This document shows, one piece after another, positions 24,925 through 38,286 of a stretch of DNA of 64,000 bases. The position numbers and the translations under genes were made by a program. The notes below the pieces were generated by a model that saw nothing but the letters and a program-made list of their open reading frames with translations, did not search any database and was not told the DNA's origin. The stretch is from Phyllosticta citribraziliensis (lineage: Eukaryota), in contig NW_027117343.1 in NCBI RefSeq assembly GCF_038025025.1, positions 1,240,001 through 1,304,000 of the forward strand, in the 5' to 3' direction. Positions within the stretch are counted from its first letter, which is position 1. Every line of letters starts with the position of its first letter.

Positions 24925-27900
24925 TCAGAGTTCGGTCGTCTCGTCTCCAAAATCCTCCTCCGCGTGCTGTCTTTGCGAGGCCACTTTCCCACTCGGCGTG
25001 AAAGGGGTGGCGTCTAGCAGCTCGCTGGCGTCGAAGCTGGCAACGGTGACGTCTTCGGCCCCAAACTTCGTGCTCTTCTCCTCACGTTCCATCTTCTCAA
25101 ACCCCACACTCTTCTCAACACGCCCGCCGGATACCGACCTTCTCTGTGGCGACTGGTTTCCCTTTTCGAGGCTCACATCTTCCAAGGGTCTTCGCGTCGA
25201 ATCCAAAGCACCAGAAGGCATGCCTTGGGAAATTCTGCTCGACCGTCGCCTCGCCCCAACTTTCTCTGACACAGTGGCCGGCGCTGTGATTGAAGGCTTC
25301 AACGTTGGTACTTTGAATGGCTGTTGCGGGACTGTTTGCTGCGCCTGCTGTCCTCTTCTTGGCTTTGCGCGCTTTGGGGTTGGCCCACCACGCTGCCTCC
25401 TGTCCCCATCATCCGTGAGAGGGGAATCTAAATGCTGCGACGCAGCCGCGTCGCCATATCCATCGACTTCGGAGCCAAGGTCTGTGTCTTGAAACGTGCG
25501 TCGACGGCTTTTGCGGCCGGGTGTAGTAGGGACGTTCACAGTTGAAGCCCTAGTGAGGGAACGGCGGGTGGGCTGCCGCCGGGCGTTGGTCTGCTGTCCG
25601 ACACCCATCGCATTCATGAGACGCTCTTTCATTGCCTGAGCTTGCTCAAGCTCGTTTTCGGCGGCAGCAAGGTCAGCTCTAGTTTCTGATAATGTCTCCT
25701 TCAAGGCTTGTATCTGTTCTTATGTTAGACCGGCCTTTTGGAGACTCGCAAGGACCAACCTCTTCCAAGTGGTGCGCGATCTTGTTGTCGCGAGAGTCAA
25801 GTTCCTGACGATCAACTTCTTGTTTCTGAACAAGGGTTGAAACCTCGTCCTCTGCTGTCTGCAGTTGCGCTTGGAGGGAGTCTTGAGTAGTTTGTGCCTA
25901 GAACATGTCAGCAGCGCTCTACAATAGCCTATCAGATCGTTGCTCACTTCGTCTCTTGTCTTTTGCAGCTCCGACTCGCCCACCCGACGCAAGGCTTCCA
26001 TTTCTTCAATGGTTGCGCGAGCCTCACGCAAGGCCTCGGAGAGGTCTTTGCCCTCTGATCTGAGTGCTTGCAGATTTTGGGCAAGCTCTGCCTTTTCAGT
26101 CTCGGCCTTGTTCTTCAGCTCCCGCTCTTGATCCAGTTGTCTGAGAGTAAGTTCGGCCTTTTTCTCAAGCTCTGCTTTAGCCACCTTCTCATCCGTAACT
26201 GCTTGTGTCTTTTCCTGCACTTCTGCATCCAATTGCTCGTTACGAGTGCGCATCAGGTCGATGATTGTGCCCCTCTCTTCTGCTTCAGTCTCGGTCGTCA
26301 TCAGAAGAGCACGCAGGTCAGCCTCTTTTTTGTCGAATTCCTGGCGAACGGAATTCAGGGTCTCCTCGGCTTGATGAACGGCTTTTTCCATCGAGCCTTG
26401 CAACTCCTGTAACCGTTCCTCCAAGGTATTGTTTTGCTCGCAGGCGGTCTTGAGCTCCATCTCTACTTGTGCCTTTTCATTTTCCAGCCCTTGCATACAG
26501 AGCTCCCGGTCTATTTCTCTCCCTTCAAGCTCGCTGGCTTGTGTGACCAAATCTTGGTTCTGTTCATGTAGACGATGAATCTCTGCTTGAAGCTCCTGGT
26601 TTTTCTGCTTTTCGACTCGGAGTGGCTCCTCGACTGTCTCGCACCTCATCTCCAAGTCTCGGCACACTTCGCCCACCCTGCGTTCGATTATTTCTATTCG
26701 AAGGCGATCCTGGTTTTGCAGGTCTGCGGCGAGCCGACCGCGCCAATCGTGGCTTTCGGGCTGGGTGCGCGGCGTGCAGGCTTGTTGGAACAGGGAAAGT
26801 GTGCCACCGCTTCTCTCGGTCATCATTTCGTGTTGACAAGGACTGAGTGGTGCAGCAGACTCAATCTGCTTTTGAATAAGCTGGGTTGCGGTTTGTGCCT
26901 CGATCCCAATCTCGTCGTCAGACTGCGACAATAGGGCAGCACGCAGTAAAGTGGAACAAATTCCAAGAGAGAGAAGGCGACCCTGTTCGAGCGCGAAAGT
27001 TAAGCAGGAATTTTCGGGTTTGGTCGGCGCGTGTTGGGCTGAAGCCAAAAACTTTTGCAGACATGGTCGAAAGTCATCCGCAGCGACTGCAAGAAGAATT
27101 CCTTTCCTGACAGGTGCGCACTCCGGGAGCACCCCGTCCAAAAGGTCGATTAGTATTCTGAGCTTTCCCAATTCAAAACCGCTGGTTGAAAGGTCCATCG
27201 CTCCAGTGATACATTGGCGTAAAAGGTCTTTGATGAAGTCTTCCTCAAAGTACGGCTACTATTGGTTAGCATTGCTTTCATCAACCGTCAACCATCATTG
27301 GCAGCATACCGCATAATATGGCCACGATGCTCCCAAGGCTACTAGTAGGAGACTTAGATTGCCCATAGCAGGTCCGGCGGCAATAACAGCTTTGGAATAC
27401 GCCCTCGTTACATGTTTCGGGATCGACTTTTGCTCGTGGAGTAGACCGACCATTGCAAGTCCCTTGGTTCAGAGTCAGTCTCTGATTCCAAATCAAGCTC
27501 AAGTATCTTGGCTCACCTGAAGTTGCACTACCGGATTGGCGGTGAGTTTCATGGCCTTCTCGATCAGCTTTCCAACGAACTTGGAAGACTCTCTGTGCTC
27601 CACGTAAGACTGTCTGACTTCGCTCGGGATGACCATCAAGACCTCAATCGCTATCTTAAGGCTTCGGAGCGCAGCATCATCAAAGTCCCTAGCACCTGTG
27701 GCGCATATTCTGAGGACCATGGTCGTGATCCAGTTGACTGTAGAATGTGCTGCGGAGCCCTTGAACACTCGAACGATTTCCTCCATGGATCCATTACGGA
27801 TGGATCGGCTAGAAGAGGATGATCGCGAAGCTTGGGAAGATGGGTCGCTGTGTTGAGAGCGGCGAGAACGCGGCTCTAATAAAGTCGCAAGAATACCCAG

Positions 27901-28612
27901 ATACAGTATTTGCATTCGGTAACTTTCCAGCTCTTTACCAGTGGTGCCCTTTTCCTTAAGAAACCTGTAGCTTCTCTCTTCAAAGTGATCCAGGAACTCC
28001 TCCGGCAACAGGCTCAGCAGGTCGCGGCAGGATCCGTCCAAGAGCGTGTATACATTACTGACATTCTCCTCACTAGTACAATGGACAGACTTCTCGAACA
28101 GTTGGATGAAGAAGTCCTGGGCACTAGATGGTAGCGGAATAGAAGCCGGTAAAGGCTCCGAGAGTAGCGCAATGCAAGTGTCTGAGATGTTTGAGCTTCC
28201 GGAGCTTGTTGCTTCTTGAAGAAGTGAATTCAAAATGCTGGGGTCCTGTATAAGAAGCTCATCTCGAAAAGGTGGAGCGAGGGCTAGACACTGGTCAGCT
28301 TTATGGGACGGAAGCGAGGTGTCGATCATCAGTACCGAGTTTCTGGATAATCTGCAAGGTGTAGGGCCAAAGCTGTATGGCCTCTCTAGCACATTTTGCC
28401 AATGGATAGACAACACATTTGGAGCTGAGAGCCCAGGTCCGAATAGTAGCGCTGTCACATTCTAGGAGAATGTCGTGTAATTTCTGAATAGAGCAGGTCA
28501 GCCCTGACACAAACAAACAGATCAGACACTGGTGGCACACCTTGAGGGAGACAGCATAGGGAGAGGAGACGACTCGGTGGACCTCGGCGGTCAGGGCATC
28601 CAACGAGCCCAT
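24925..28612 (-). CDS. Large multi-exon (about 7 exons) hypothetical protein: helical N-terminus, long coiled coil, basic S/T-P-rich tail
   Basis: Open segments are joined in frame by canonical GT..CTRAC..AG introns. An E/K/Q/L heptad-rich stretch spans ~25600-26750, and the tail has TPGR, TPKR and SPQR. Confidence 0.75.
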
Positions 28613-29629
28613 GGTGGAGTTGCGGGGTTGGAGTCGCGAGTGTCGACCTGAGATGGATGGCTTGGGGACGCGTCAGGTCGCGTTGTTTGACCCGAACAGT
28701 CTTCAGTTTCCACTGGCAACCGGCCGTGCACGGACCATGCGCCAAATCCGAAGTGCTCCACCTTTCTGGACTTCGTTATTCTTGACCAGATGTCGTTTTC
28801 AAGGAACACATCCGACGTCCATCCTCTCGGCTCCCACTCTTTGCGCTGCGCTTATCGGATTGTGCCAGGGCCGTGATCATTGTGGGACATCCGGCTCGCG
28901 GCGCCGTAGCGCAAAGCCCTCGGAATGACGCAGCGATAGCCGCCTCGTTCCCGACCTGAGCCAGGGACCACCGCAGATGATTGCCGTCTACCTGTCCGGG
29001 TTCTCATCTTTGCAGAACCAACGGGCTTGCTGGACGGGACAGTGCTGAGCGGTGCGCTTGGCTCAGAATTCGAATTCGAATTGCTCGCCAGGTGGTCGCA
29101 CAACTTCCCTCGGATCGAGCATCAGATACCATTCAGCCGAAGGGCTTTGATCAAAAGCGAACTGTGCCTCGTCCATGAGCTTCCCCGCCGTCCTCTCCGC
29201 TCTTCACCCTGTGGCTGATCCTGTCCGAGGTGCGGAATTGCTTTGCGTCCCACGCGGCTTGGACCGCAGGCGAAGCTTTCTCCATGGCCAATCGCAACCA
29301 ACCAATCTTTTGCTTGGCCAATGGCTTGCCTGCTTCGTCGGTGTCATCTGCCGGTCAACGCCATCATGAGCCCGGCACAATCAGTTCCCATCCTGTTACA
29401 CGCCTTGCGGTTGTCAACTTGCAAGTGCCCCACTTGAATGGCTTACGCTCCATACCCCGCCAGCTAGTCGTCCCCTTGCGGAGTAGCAATAGGCCGATCG
29501 ATTCCATCGAGCAATAACGCCATAAGCAGCTTTCCCCCTCTGCTGGACTTTCGACAACATTCTCCAATTAGCCTCTGCCGCCATTCTTCTCTTTCTTGGT
29601 CCCTTCAATTACAGTACTTTGCGAGCACA

Positions 29630-31525
29630 ATGTTCCGGTTAGCAAGGCGGCTTCCAAAAATTGTGACGAATCCAGTCCGCACATCTTTTACCCAACAGAC
29701 TCGGAGAAGTTCAGCACAAAATGTAGCTCGCCAAGCTGATCAGACTGCGTTTTGGACAACTGGTCGCGTGTTGCTTCTGACTGCCCTAACTGGCTCGCTT
29801 ACTTATGCCTATGGAGTCTATGGAACAAGCACTCCTTCCAAGTCGTTGAAATCTGCTTCAATTGGGCCTGTGTACGCTACAAGGGAGGAGATGGAAAAGG
29901 TACCACTGCATGGCGGACCCCTTTTTTTTTCTTTTCACGTGGCTGCCTATTCCAGAAGGGATCGTGGAACCAAATAGAATCCTTCACTCGATATGGAGCT
30001 CCAAGGAGTACCATTCCCTAATTGCAGAAGTTGCTAACGCCATTGTTCAGGCAATCGAAGAATTGAGGCAAATCCTTGGAGAGAGCGCCATCAGCACAGA
30101 TGACGAGGATCTGAAGGTCCACGGCTATTCCGAATGGTCGTCTATCAACATTGACCAGTTGCCAGTTGCCGTGGCCTATCCACAATCGACCGAAGAGGTG
30201 TCTCAAGTTGCCAAGATATGCCAGAAGTACAAAGTCCCCATGATTCCGTTTTCTGGTGGATCCAGTCTAGAGGGAAATTTCTCGGCACCCTTTGGAGGAA
30301 TGAGCATCGACTTTGCATTCATGGATAAGATTGTGGAACTCCACGCCGACGATATGGATGTGGTTGTCCAACCATCGGTCGCGTGGATGGATTTGAACAC
30401 AAAGATCAAGGACACAGGCCTGTTCTTTCCGGTCGACCCTGGGCCATCCGCCAAGATTGGGGGTATGGTTGGCACGAGCTGCAGTGGCACCAACGCTGTG
30501 AGATACGGTACGATGAAGGACTGGGTGGTCAATCTGACTGTCGTCCTTGCGGATGGACAAGTGATCAAGACTCGGAGGAGGCCGAGAAAGACGGCCGCTG
30601 GGTACAACCTCACCAACCTTTTCATCGGCTCCGAAGGCACACTGGGCATCGTCACCGAAGTCACTCTGAAGTTGGCAGTCATACCCCAGGAAACCAGCGT
30701 CGCCGTGGTCACTTTCCCGACGATTCGCGACGCCGCCACCGCGTCCTCTAAGATTATGCGCGCAGGCATTCCTGTCGCGGCGCTGGAAATCATGGACGAT
30801 GTACAGATGCAAGTCATTAACAGGGTCGGATCTACGACGCGCAAGTGGCAAGAGATGCCGACCGTGTTTTTCAAATTCTCTGGCACCAAGGCCGGCGTAC
30901 ACGAAAACATTGGTCTGGTCAAAGCCATTGCAAAAGCCAACAAGGGGGGCGAGTTCCTGTTCGCAAAGGATTCCCACGAGCAACACGAACTGTGGTCAGC
31001 AAGGAAGGAGAGTCTGTGGAGTACCCTAGCACTCAAGTCCCCGGAGCAAGAAGTATGGTCAACGGACGTCGCAGTGCCGCTTTCAAGGCTACCTGATATC
31101 ATTGGTGAGTGCTCAAGAACGCAATACATATGGCCTTAGCTAAAGCCGTTACAGAATTGTCGAAGAAAGAAATGGACGAAATGGGACTCTTCGCAACCAT
31201 ACTCGGCCACATTGGTGATGGCAACTTCCACATGGGCGTACTTTACAACAGGAAAGACCCCAAGGAGCGTGCAGCGGTCGAGAAGTGCGTCTACAGCATG
31301 GTAGACCGTGCGTTGGAGATGGACGGAACATGCACCGGAGAGGTAAGTCGTCTCGACCCACGGGCAAGCATCGGTGCTGACATTGTACAGCACTCTATTG
31401 GTCTGGGAAAGAAGTCGTACCTGATCAAAGAACTCAGTCCCCAGACCATTGAGGTGATGAAGAGTATAAAGCGTTCTCTTGATCCCAACTGGCTACTTAA
31501 TCCCGGTAAGATCATGGACCACTGA
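29630..31525 (+). CDS. DLD1: Mitochondrial D-lactate dehydrogenase (cytochrome), FAD-linked oxidase; multi-exon
   Basis: Arg-rich mitochondrial presequence, then PFSGGSSLEGNF, FFPVDPGPSAKIGGMVGTSCSGTNAVRYGTMKDW, FIGSEGTLG, WSTDVAVP, GHIGDGNFH, GTCTGE|HSIGLGK and LDPNWLLNPGKI. Confidence 0.92.
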
Positions 31526-31897
31526 GGCCAAAAGTTTGATAAATATGGGACACATCAAGTTGCCCTTTCGTAGAGGACAGGAGGACAGACATCAAAAAGG
31601 AAAGAGTCTCGGGATCTGGCACTGTTGGAAGCCGTCGCCCTACATGTTTTGATGAGAAGCTGCATCTAGAAGTCGAATTTCTTGAGCGGCATTGAAGCGA
31701 ATTGCACTTGTACAGCTAGACGACTCCATAGATTGAGCATTTAGAATTTGCCTGGTGTCGTAGGGAAAAGGTTCGCGTGGACCACATCACCTCAGACCAC
31801 CAGCGCCAGACCCTGCGTCATTGCCCCGCGAGAAAAAGTGCCCGCCGACAACGGCCAGTGACTCTTCCACATCACACTCCGCAACACCACCACCACA

Positions 31898-33167
31898 ATG
31901 GACGTCCAGAGCTTCACCTCTCCCAACCGCAACTTTCCCAAGAAGAAGTGCGGTCAGTAAATTGCAACGCTGAATTGGAGCTAGCATTGACGCAGATTGA
32001 CCACAGGTGTCCTCGGCGCAACTGGCTCCGTTGGCCAGCGCTTCATCCTCCTCCTCGCACTCCACCCGCATTTTACCCTCCACGCTGTCGGTGCCTCTGA
32101 GCGGTCCGCCGGCAAGAAATACAAGGATGCTGTCAAGTGGAAGCAGGCGCTGCCCATGTCCAAGGAATTGGGCGAGCTTGTCGTGAAGAAGTGCGTTCCC
32201 GAAGAATTCGCTGACTGCGACTTGGTCTTCTCGGGCCTGGACAGCGACGTCGCTGGCGATGTTGGTGCGTAATCACAGGGCAAAAGTGTTGGATTGGCGC
32301 TGACAAGAGGCTTGAAGAAATGGCCTTCCTTAAGTCTGAACTCCACGTCTTCTCCAACGCGAAGAACTACCGCCGCGACCCTCTCGTCCCGCTCGTTGTC
32401 CCCACCGTAAACATTCCTCACCTTGATGTCATCCAGCACCAACGCAAGCAATACAACCTCGAAAAGGGCTTCCTCGTCTGCAACTCCAACTGTGCAGTCA
32501 TTGGCATTGTCATTCCCTTTGCTGCGCTGCAGGCCAAGTTTGGTCCCGTGGCGGAGGTCTCTGTCGTCACCATGCAGGCAGTCTCGGGCGCAGGCTACCC
32601 CGGCGTCAGCACCATGGACATGATTGACAACGTCGTGCCCTTCATTTCGGGAGAAGAGGACAAGCTGGAGACTGAGGCCCAGAAGATTCTGGGTTCTGTC
32701 AACGGCGACGTCACCGGCTTCGTAGACCAGCCGCTCAAGATCTCGGCTGCATGCAACCGCGTGCCAGTTCTGGATGGTCACACTGCGTGTGTCAGCCTGC
32801 GCTTCGCAAAGAGGCCGGCTCCGAGCGCCGAGGAGGTCAAGCAGGCCATGAGGGAGTACGTCAGCGAGGCGCAGAAGCTGGGCTGCCCGAGTGCGCCTGA
32901 GAGGGCCCTTGTAGTCATGGACGAGCCCGACAGGCCTCAGCCCAGGCTGGACAGGGAGACGGACAGAGGATACGCCGTCAGTGTTGGTAGGATAAGGGAG
33001 GATGAGAGCGGGATCTTTGACATCAAGTTTGTTGCGCTCAGCCACAACAGTAAGTTCCCTTGCCCAATATCACAAACCCCTAAACTGACAACCGTTCAGC
33101 CGTCATCGGTGCTGCCGGATCTTCCATCTTGAATGCGGAGGCTGCTGTTCTCAAGGGCTACGCCTAG
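31898..33167 (+). CDS. HOM2: Aspartate-semialdehyde dehydrogenase (multi-exon)
   Basis: [64 protein letters not shown] and [17 protein letters not shown]. Confidence 0.96.
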
Positions 33168-33509
33168 ATTTGATTGTTGGTACTGGTCCAGTAGGGTAGA
33201 TAAAAGCGCGCAGAGATACCAAAAGCCCACATGAATCAATGATGTTCCACAAATTCATTTCATAATACCATTCTCATGGCGACTCTGTCTTCCCCGCAAA
33301 GCGTGCAAAAGTGCTGGACCGGGAGCTGACCGGGCGACCACTTTTTGCGCACGGACCCGGCGGGCGATCATCGGCTCCATCCCGTTAGTCAGCGCACAAC
33401 AGCGAAAATCAGCCCAGGACCACTGCCTTCGCGTCTTTCTCTCTTGACCACGACCGGCGACGACTCGACAACCACCCCTCTCACCACCGTGATCTAGGAG
33501 ACCGACACC

Positions 33510-34697
33510 ATGGCCCGTGGACCGTAAGTCTATCCACAATCCGATCTCGAATGGCATCGCTCTGCCCGAATCCCACCTCTACTTCGACCGCTCGCATCTC
33601 GCTGCGCCAAATTCGATACATCCGCTTCGAAAACCAGTTTTGGGACGTACCAGCAGACAAGCGGAGCATGGCGCAGTCGGGTAGTTGAAGTTTGGGAGGG
33701 ACGAATCGGACGAGCAGAGCAGAGGGACCAACTCTAGAGCAGCATGACTGACAGACTCTTTCCAGCGTTAAGCACCAAAAGCGCCTCAGCGCTCCCTCCC
33801 ACTGGCTTCTGGACAAGCTGTCCGGTGCCTACGCGCCCAAGGCTTCGCCCGGTCCCCACAAGCTCCGCGACTGCATGCCCCTCATCGTCTTCATCCGCAA
33901 CCGCTTGAAGTATGCGCTCAACGGTCGCGAGACCAAGGCCATCATGATGCAGCGCCTCGTCAAGGTCGACGGCAAGGTCCGCACCGACGTCACCTTCCCC
34001 GCTGGCTTCATGGACGTCATCTCCATCGAGAAGACTGGCGAGCACTTCCGCCTCGTCTACGACACCAAGGGCCGCTTCACCGTCCACCGCATCACCAACG
34101 AGGAGGCCGAGTACAAGCTTGGCAAGGTCAAGCGCGTCCAGCTCGGCAAGGGCGGAATCCCCTTCTTGGTTACGCACGATGCGAGAACGTGAGTTACTCC
34201 GCATCCATCAGACGTTGGACCAAGTTTGGGCGATGTCTGGTGAGTCTACAAGGAATTTTGGTTGCTGACCGGGCAAAACGCTACAGCATCCGCTACCCCG
34301 ACCCGTTGATCAAGGTCAACGACACCGTCAAGATTGACCTCGCCACTGGCAAGATTGCCGACTTCATCAAGTTCGACACTGGTGTCATCGCCATGGCCAC
34401 TGGTGGTCGCAACATGGGTCGTGTTGGTGTCATCACCCACCGTGAGCGCCACGACGGTGGCTTCAACATTGTCCACATCAAGGACGCCGTTGACAACGAG
34501 TTCGCCACCCGTGAGAGCAACGTCTTCGTCATTGGCAAGGAGAAGCCCTGGATCAGCCTGCCCAAGGGCAAGGGTGTCAAGGTACGGAACTGTCGACCCT
34601 CCAAATCGTCTACAACAACACCAGATACTAACATCGCGTCCAGCTCACCATCGCCGAGGAGCGTGACCGCCGCCGCGCTGTCGCCATTGCCAGGTAA
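33510..34697 (+). CDS. RPS4: 40S ribosomal protein S4 (eS4), 4 exons
   Basis: [23 protein letters not shown]...[11 protein letters not shown]...DGKVRTD...THDAR|IRYPDP...[22 protein letters not shown]. Strong C-ending codon bias. Confidence 0.98.
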
Positions 34698-35945
34698 ACA
34701 GCTCACGGCCAACATCCAGAGTCGAGATGGTAGGTTGTCCCAAGGGTCGAAAGAGTGGGAGGAGTCAAAAGAGTGCTTTTCCATAGCCACGCCATGCCGT
34801 TGTCGCCAGTCCCCCTCACCCAAAAGAGTGTGCGGGTGGTGGCCGTCGGCGTTTCTTCCAAAAAATTCTCCAACAATACCAAACGCGGTCCAAGAAGTCG
34901 AAAGACGTTCGATCGGAACCCCAATGTCATGATACCACTGAAGCGTATTTCTACTTTTCCTCACCTGTTGCCATGCCGCGTGCCCGTGAACAGTACCATT
35001 ATCATGCCATCTGATCCGACACACCATCGACTCGACAGCCAAAGGGAGACAGATTGCATCAGCCAGACACGGCCAAGTCTTGCACCAGCACGGCATGGCG
35101 CGCGAAGAAGCCGAGACAGATCTCATGGCCGACACTTGCCCAAGCTCTGCTTGGTTCCAGGCACCGTGCTCCAGTCGCGGCACCGGCTGCCTCAACGCCA
35201 CGGCACCCACCACACCCACCGACCTCAGACGCGGCGGTAGTGGTACGGGCGCCAGGCAATCGTGAGTCCCTCAGGCCGTACCTACCTACCTGTTGAATGG
35301 CAGCCCAGCAGAAAGCGAGCGCGCGCAGAACAAGCCGCCAGCCAGCCAGTGACGCAGAAGCCGCGGGGCGTGCTATGTCCATCTACTTGTAACCCACCCA
35401 CCCGTCAACGCGCGACGCGACATGCAGGCGACGCTCCAGGGTCGCCTGTTGCTGAGACAGAAAGACGTTGCAGCTGTATTCACGCCATACGTAACGGCGA
35501 GACGGCGAGACGGTGCTCATGGCGCGCACTCTCTCTCGCCGTGCTACGTTCAGTGCCTGGATGGTCCAACGTAGGTCGTGTGTCTTTCCAGTCGAGTCCC
35601 TATTGTTTGTGTGCCTAAAAACCAGGCAGCGCATAGATGGGCGCATAGACGGCCTTTGTAACGAGTGGACGTGCGAGCGGCGCATACATAGCGAGCGCCA
35701 TCTGGAGCAAAACGGGATCTACCTTCGTGGGTGGGAAGGCATCTGAGCAGCAATTCACGTGCGAGCCTTCCAACCAAGGAGCACTCCAAACAAGCAAGTT
35801 TGGGGGGGGGGAAAGGTGGTAAAGTCGTTTTTGCATGGCACCTCTGCGCGCCAAACTGTGTGAGTACATGGGCAGATGACGATATCAACCTTGTGTGCGT
35901 GCAGCACAGTATCTTGCCTACCATGGCTACCGCCGACAAGCCAGC

Positions 35946-35978
<33 letters not shown>

Positions 35979-36082
35979 GTCGACGGCGCATTGCAAGGAA
36001 GAGTGGCGGTTAGGCCGTGTGTCTACCTGCAACGAATTACCCCCCAAGCAAGCCGTTGGGTGATAACGGCGGCGCTATTGGC

Positions 36083-36086
36083 ATGG

Positions 36087-36120
<34 letters not shown>

Positions 36121-36123
36121 GCA
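36083..36123 (+). repeat. Poly(A) tract (29 A) bracketed by a 7-bp direct repeat ATGGGCA
   Basis: ATGGGCA (36083-36089), A-run 36089-36117, ATGGGCA (36117-36123). Confidence 0.85.
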
Positions 36124-38286
36124 GGATTCATGCCTGAGCAAGCGAAGAAGTAGTGGCCCGCCGCCCCGCTAGCTGGGAGGGAGAGCTAGCCAAGGTTGGT
36201 ATGTACAGTACCGTGTGTGGCTAGGGATCTGGATCTGATCGAGTTGAGGCAAGTCGGAGGATTGGTTTGGCAGGCAGGCAGCGGGCGCGGCAGGAGTACG
36301 GTAAGGTAAGGTAAGGTAGCGGCGCCGCGGCACGGTTCTTTTGGAGTGCGTGCGTGCGTGCGTGCGGGCGGCGGTTCGGTTCGGGTCAAGTAGGTTGTTG
36401 CGTGCGTGCTAAGTGCGGGTGGGTGGGTGCTGTTGGCGCGGGAAAGGTGCGTGTCTGTCTGTCTGGGGTGGATTGTTTGTGAATGTGTCATGTTGATGTG
36501 GGATCATGGCAAGGCGCTGGTGGTTGTTGACCTGGCTGGTGGGAGCATGGTCGGCAGATGGGGACAACAGCGGTACCAGATTTGGTGGAAGGAAGCACCG
36601 CAAAAAATGGATGCAAGCAAGCGAGCAAGCAGCTGGCGACAGACAAGGTTCCAGCATCTTGTTTCGCCGCCAGCCAGCGGGTGGGCGATTGCATGGCATG
36701 GCATGGCATGTGTTACCTTGGGTGGTGGTGGTGGTGGTGGTGGGTGTCAGGGACCCAGGGAGGAAGCACGTCAACAGGCGAGCAACGACGACAGCCGGAC
36801 AGACAAAAAAAGATTTATTTCGGCCGGCACGGCGAGAAGAATTGCAGTTTGCCGGAGCAGTGCCGCAGTCGTTGTGCATCAGCATCAGCGGCGTGGTGGA
36901 CGGGACTGGCGCCGTGAAACAGGGTGTGGGAGAGGGTGGGCGCAGCGTGGCCACGGCAGTGTTGGCTGGCTCCTGGCCTGCCTCGTGCCTGAAGAGATGA
37001 CGAGCGGCGAGACGAGACGAGACGAGAAGCGAGACGGACGGCTCGGGCGTGAGAAAGCTTGAGGGCAGTGATGCATGCGATATGGGAGAGGCTGGAGCGG
37101 GAGTAGAGTACGACAGAGTGGGCGGATGCAGCGGCTCTGCTCTGCTCTCTTGGTACGGCCCCATGGGTGCATATGTATGTGGAGATTTGAATCGGGTCGC
37201 TGACCTCATGGGACGGTTGACAGGAGTGGAGGACAGGAGGCCAGGAGGTGAGTGACGGGATTTTCCCGTGCAGGAATTGAGAGGTGCAACAGTTCATGAT
37301 GAAAGTCGTTCGGTCGTTGAAACTGCACTTTCACCACATTCTGCCTGAGCTGATGCCTCCCCTCCCCTGACTCGCTTTGCCTCGACTGGCTCGTGCGCTC
37401 CCGTCCAAATCTCGGACAAGGTGACAGGGAATGGAAGAGAAGGGCCATGTCTACAATGAGGACGACGACGAGCAGCGCAATCAATACATGTTGCTATCGT
37501 CTGGCTGCATCGCCGGGTGCATGTTCGCTGCCTTCCGTTCGGACCATGTTTGCATCGTGAGCAGAGTGGAGCAGGCGGGCGGGTCGTCAGGTCGTGGGTT
37601 TGGGCGATCAGGAACCCCCGCAATGGATCCATCCTCCAGGCCATCCACTGCTTCGCTCTGCACGCTACTGCGCTGCACCCAACACTGCCACCCTCTGTCT
37701 GTCTCTCCAGTACCACCACCCACGACACAACCACCATCTCCCATCCCATTTTTCGTCCAATCACCCCGACGCTCGCTTCTTTCTCCTCCTTCTACCCTAT
37801 TCGACTGCGTCGCTTTGCTGCATACACACTTTTTTTCCCCAACCACTCTCTCTAACGCTCTCTCCTGTTACTTTCTCCCGCGACGCCTCCACCACCACCG
37901 CCTCCTCGTCCTCCTCGTCCAACTCCTATCGCTCTATCGCCCGGATGACATGATTGCGCCGCGCTGCCCTCAACTCGACAACCAACTCTACCGCTGCCGC
38001 CGCCGCTGCCGCTGCCGCTGCCGCTGCCAATCCCCCAGGCCAGGCTTTTGCTAGACCGCCCACCGACAACTAAAACGTCGCGGCTCCGTCTCATCCCAAA
38101 TACTGCCCCATACCTTGGCTGCTCGCTTCACATCCCGTCTTGCTCGTTTCGCCTCCCCGACTCTGATTATCCTCCCCTCAGCCCGTCTGATCGCCATCCA
38201 CCAACGCTGATCTCCTCGACCATCGTCTCTCTGCCTGCTGCCTTGAGCCATAGGCAGAGAGGCCCTTCCTCTCCCACTCGCCGGCC

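Noticed and set aside
33524..33765. Possible snoRNA in the long first intron of RPS4 (and U14-like snoRNA in RPS13 introns)
   Set aside because: No clear C box (RTGATGA) and D box pair, H/ACA layout or recognisable rRNA guide sequence was found by eye.
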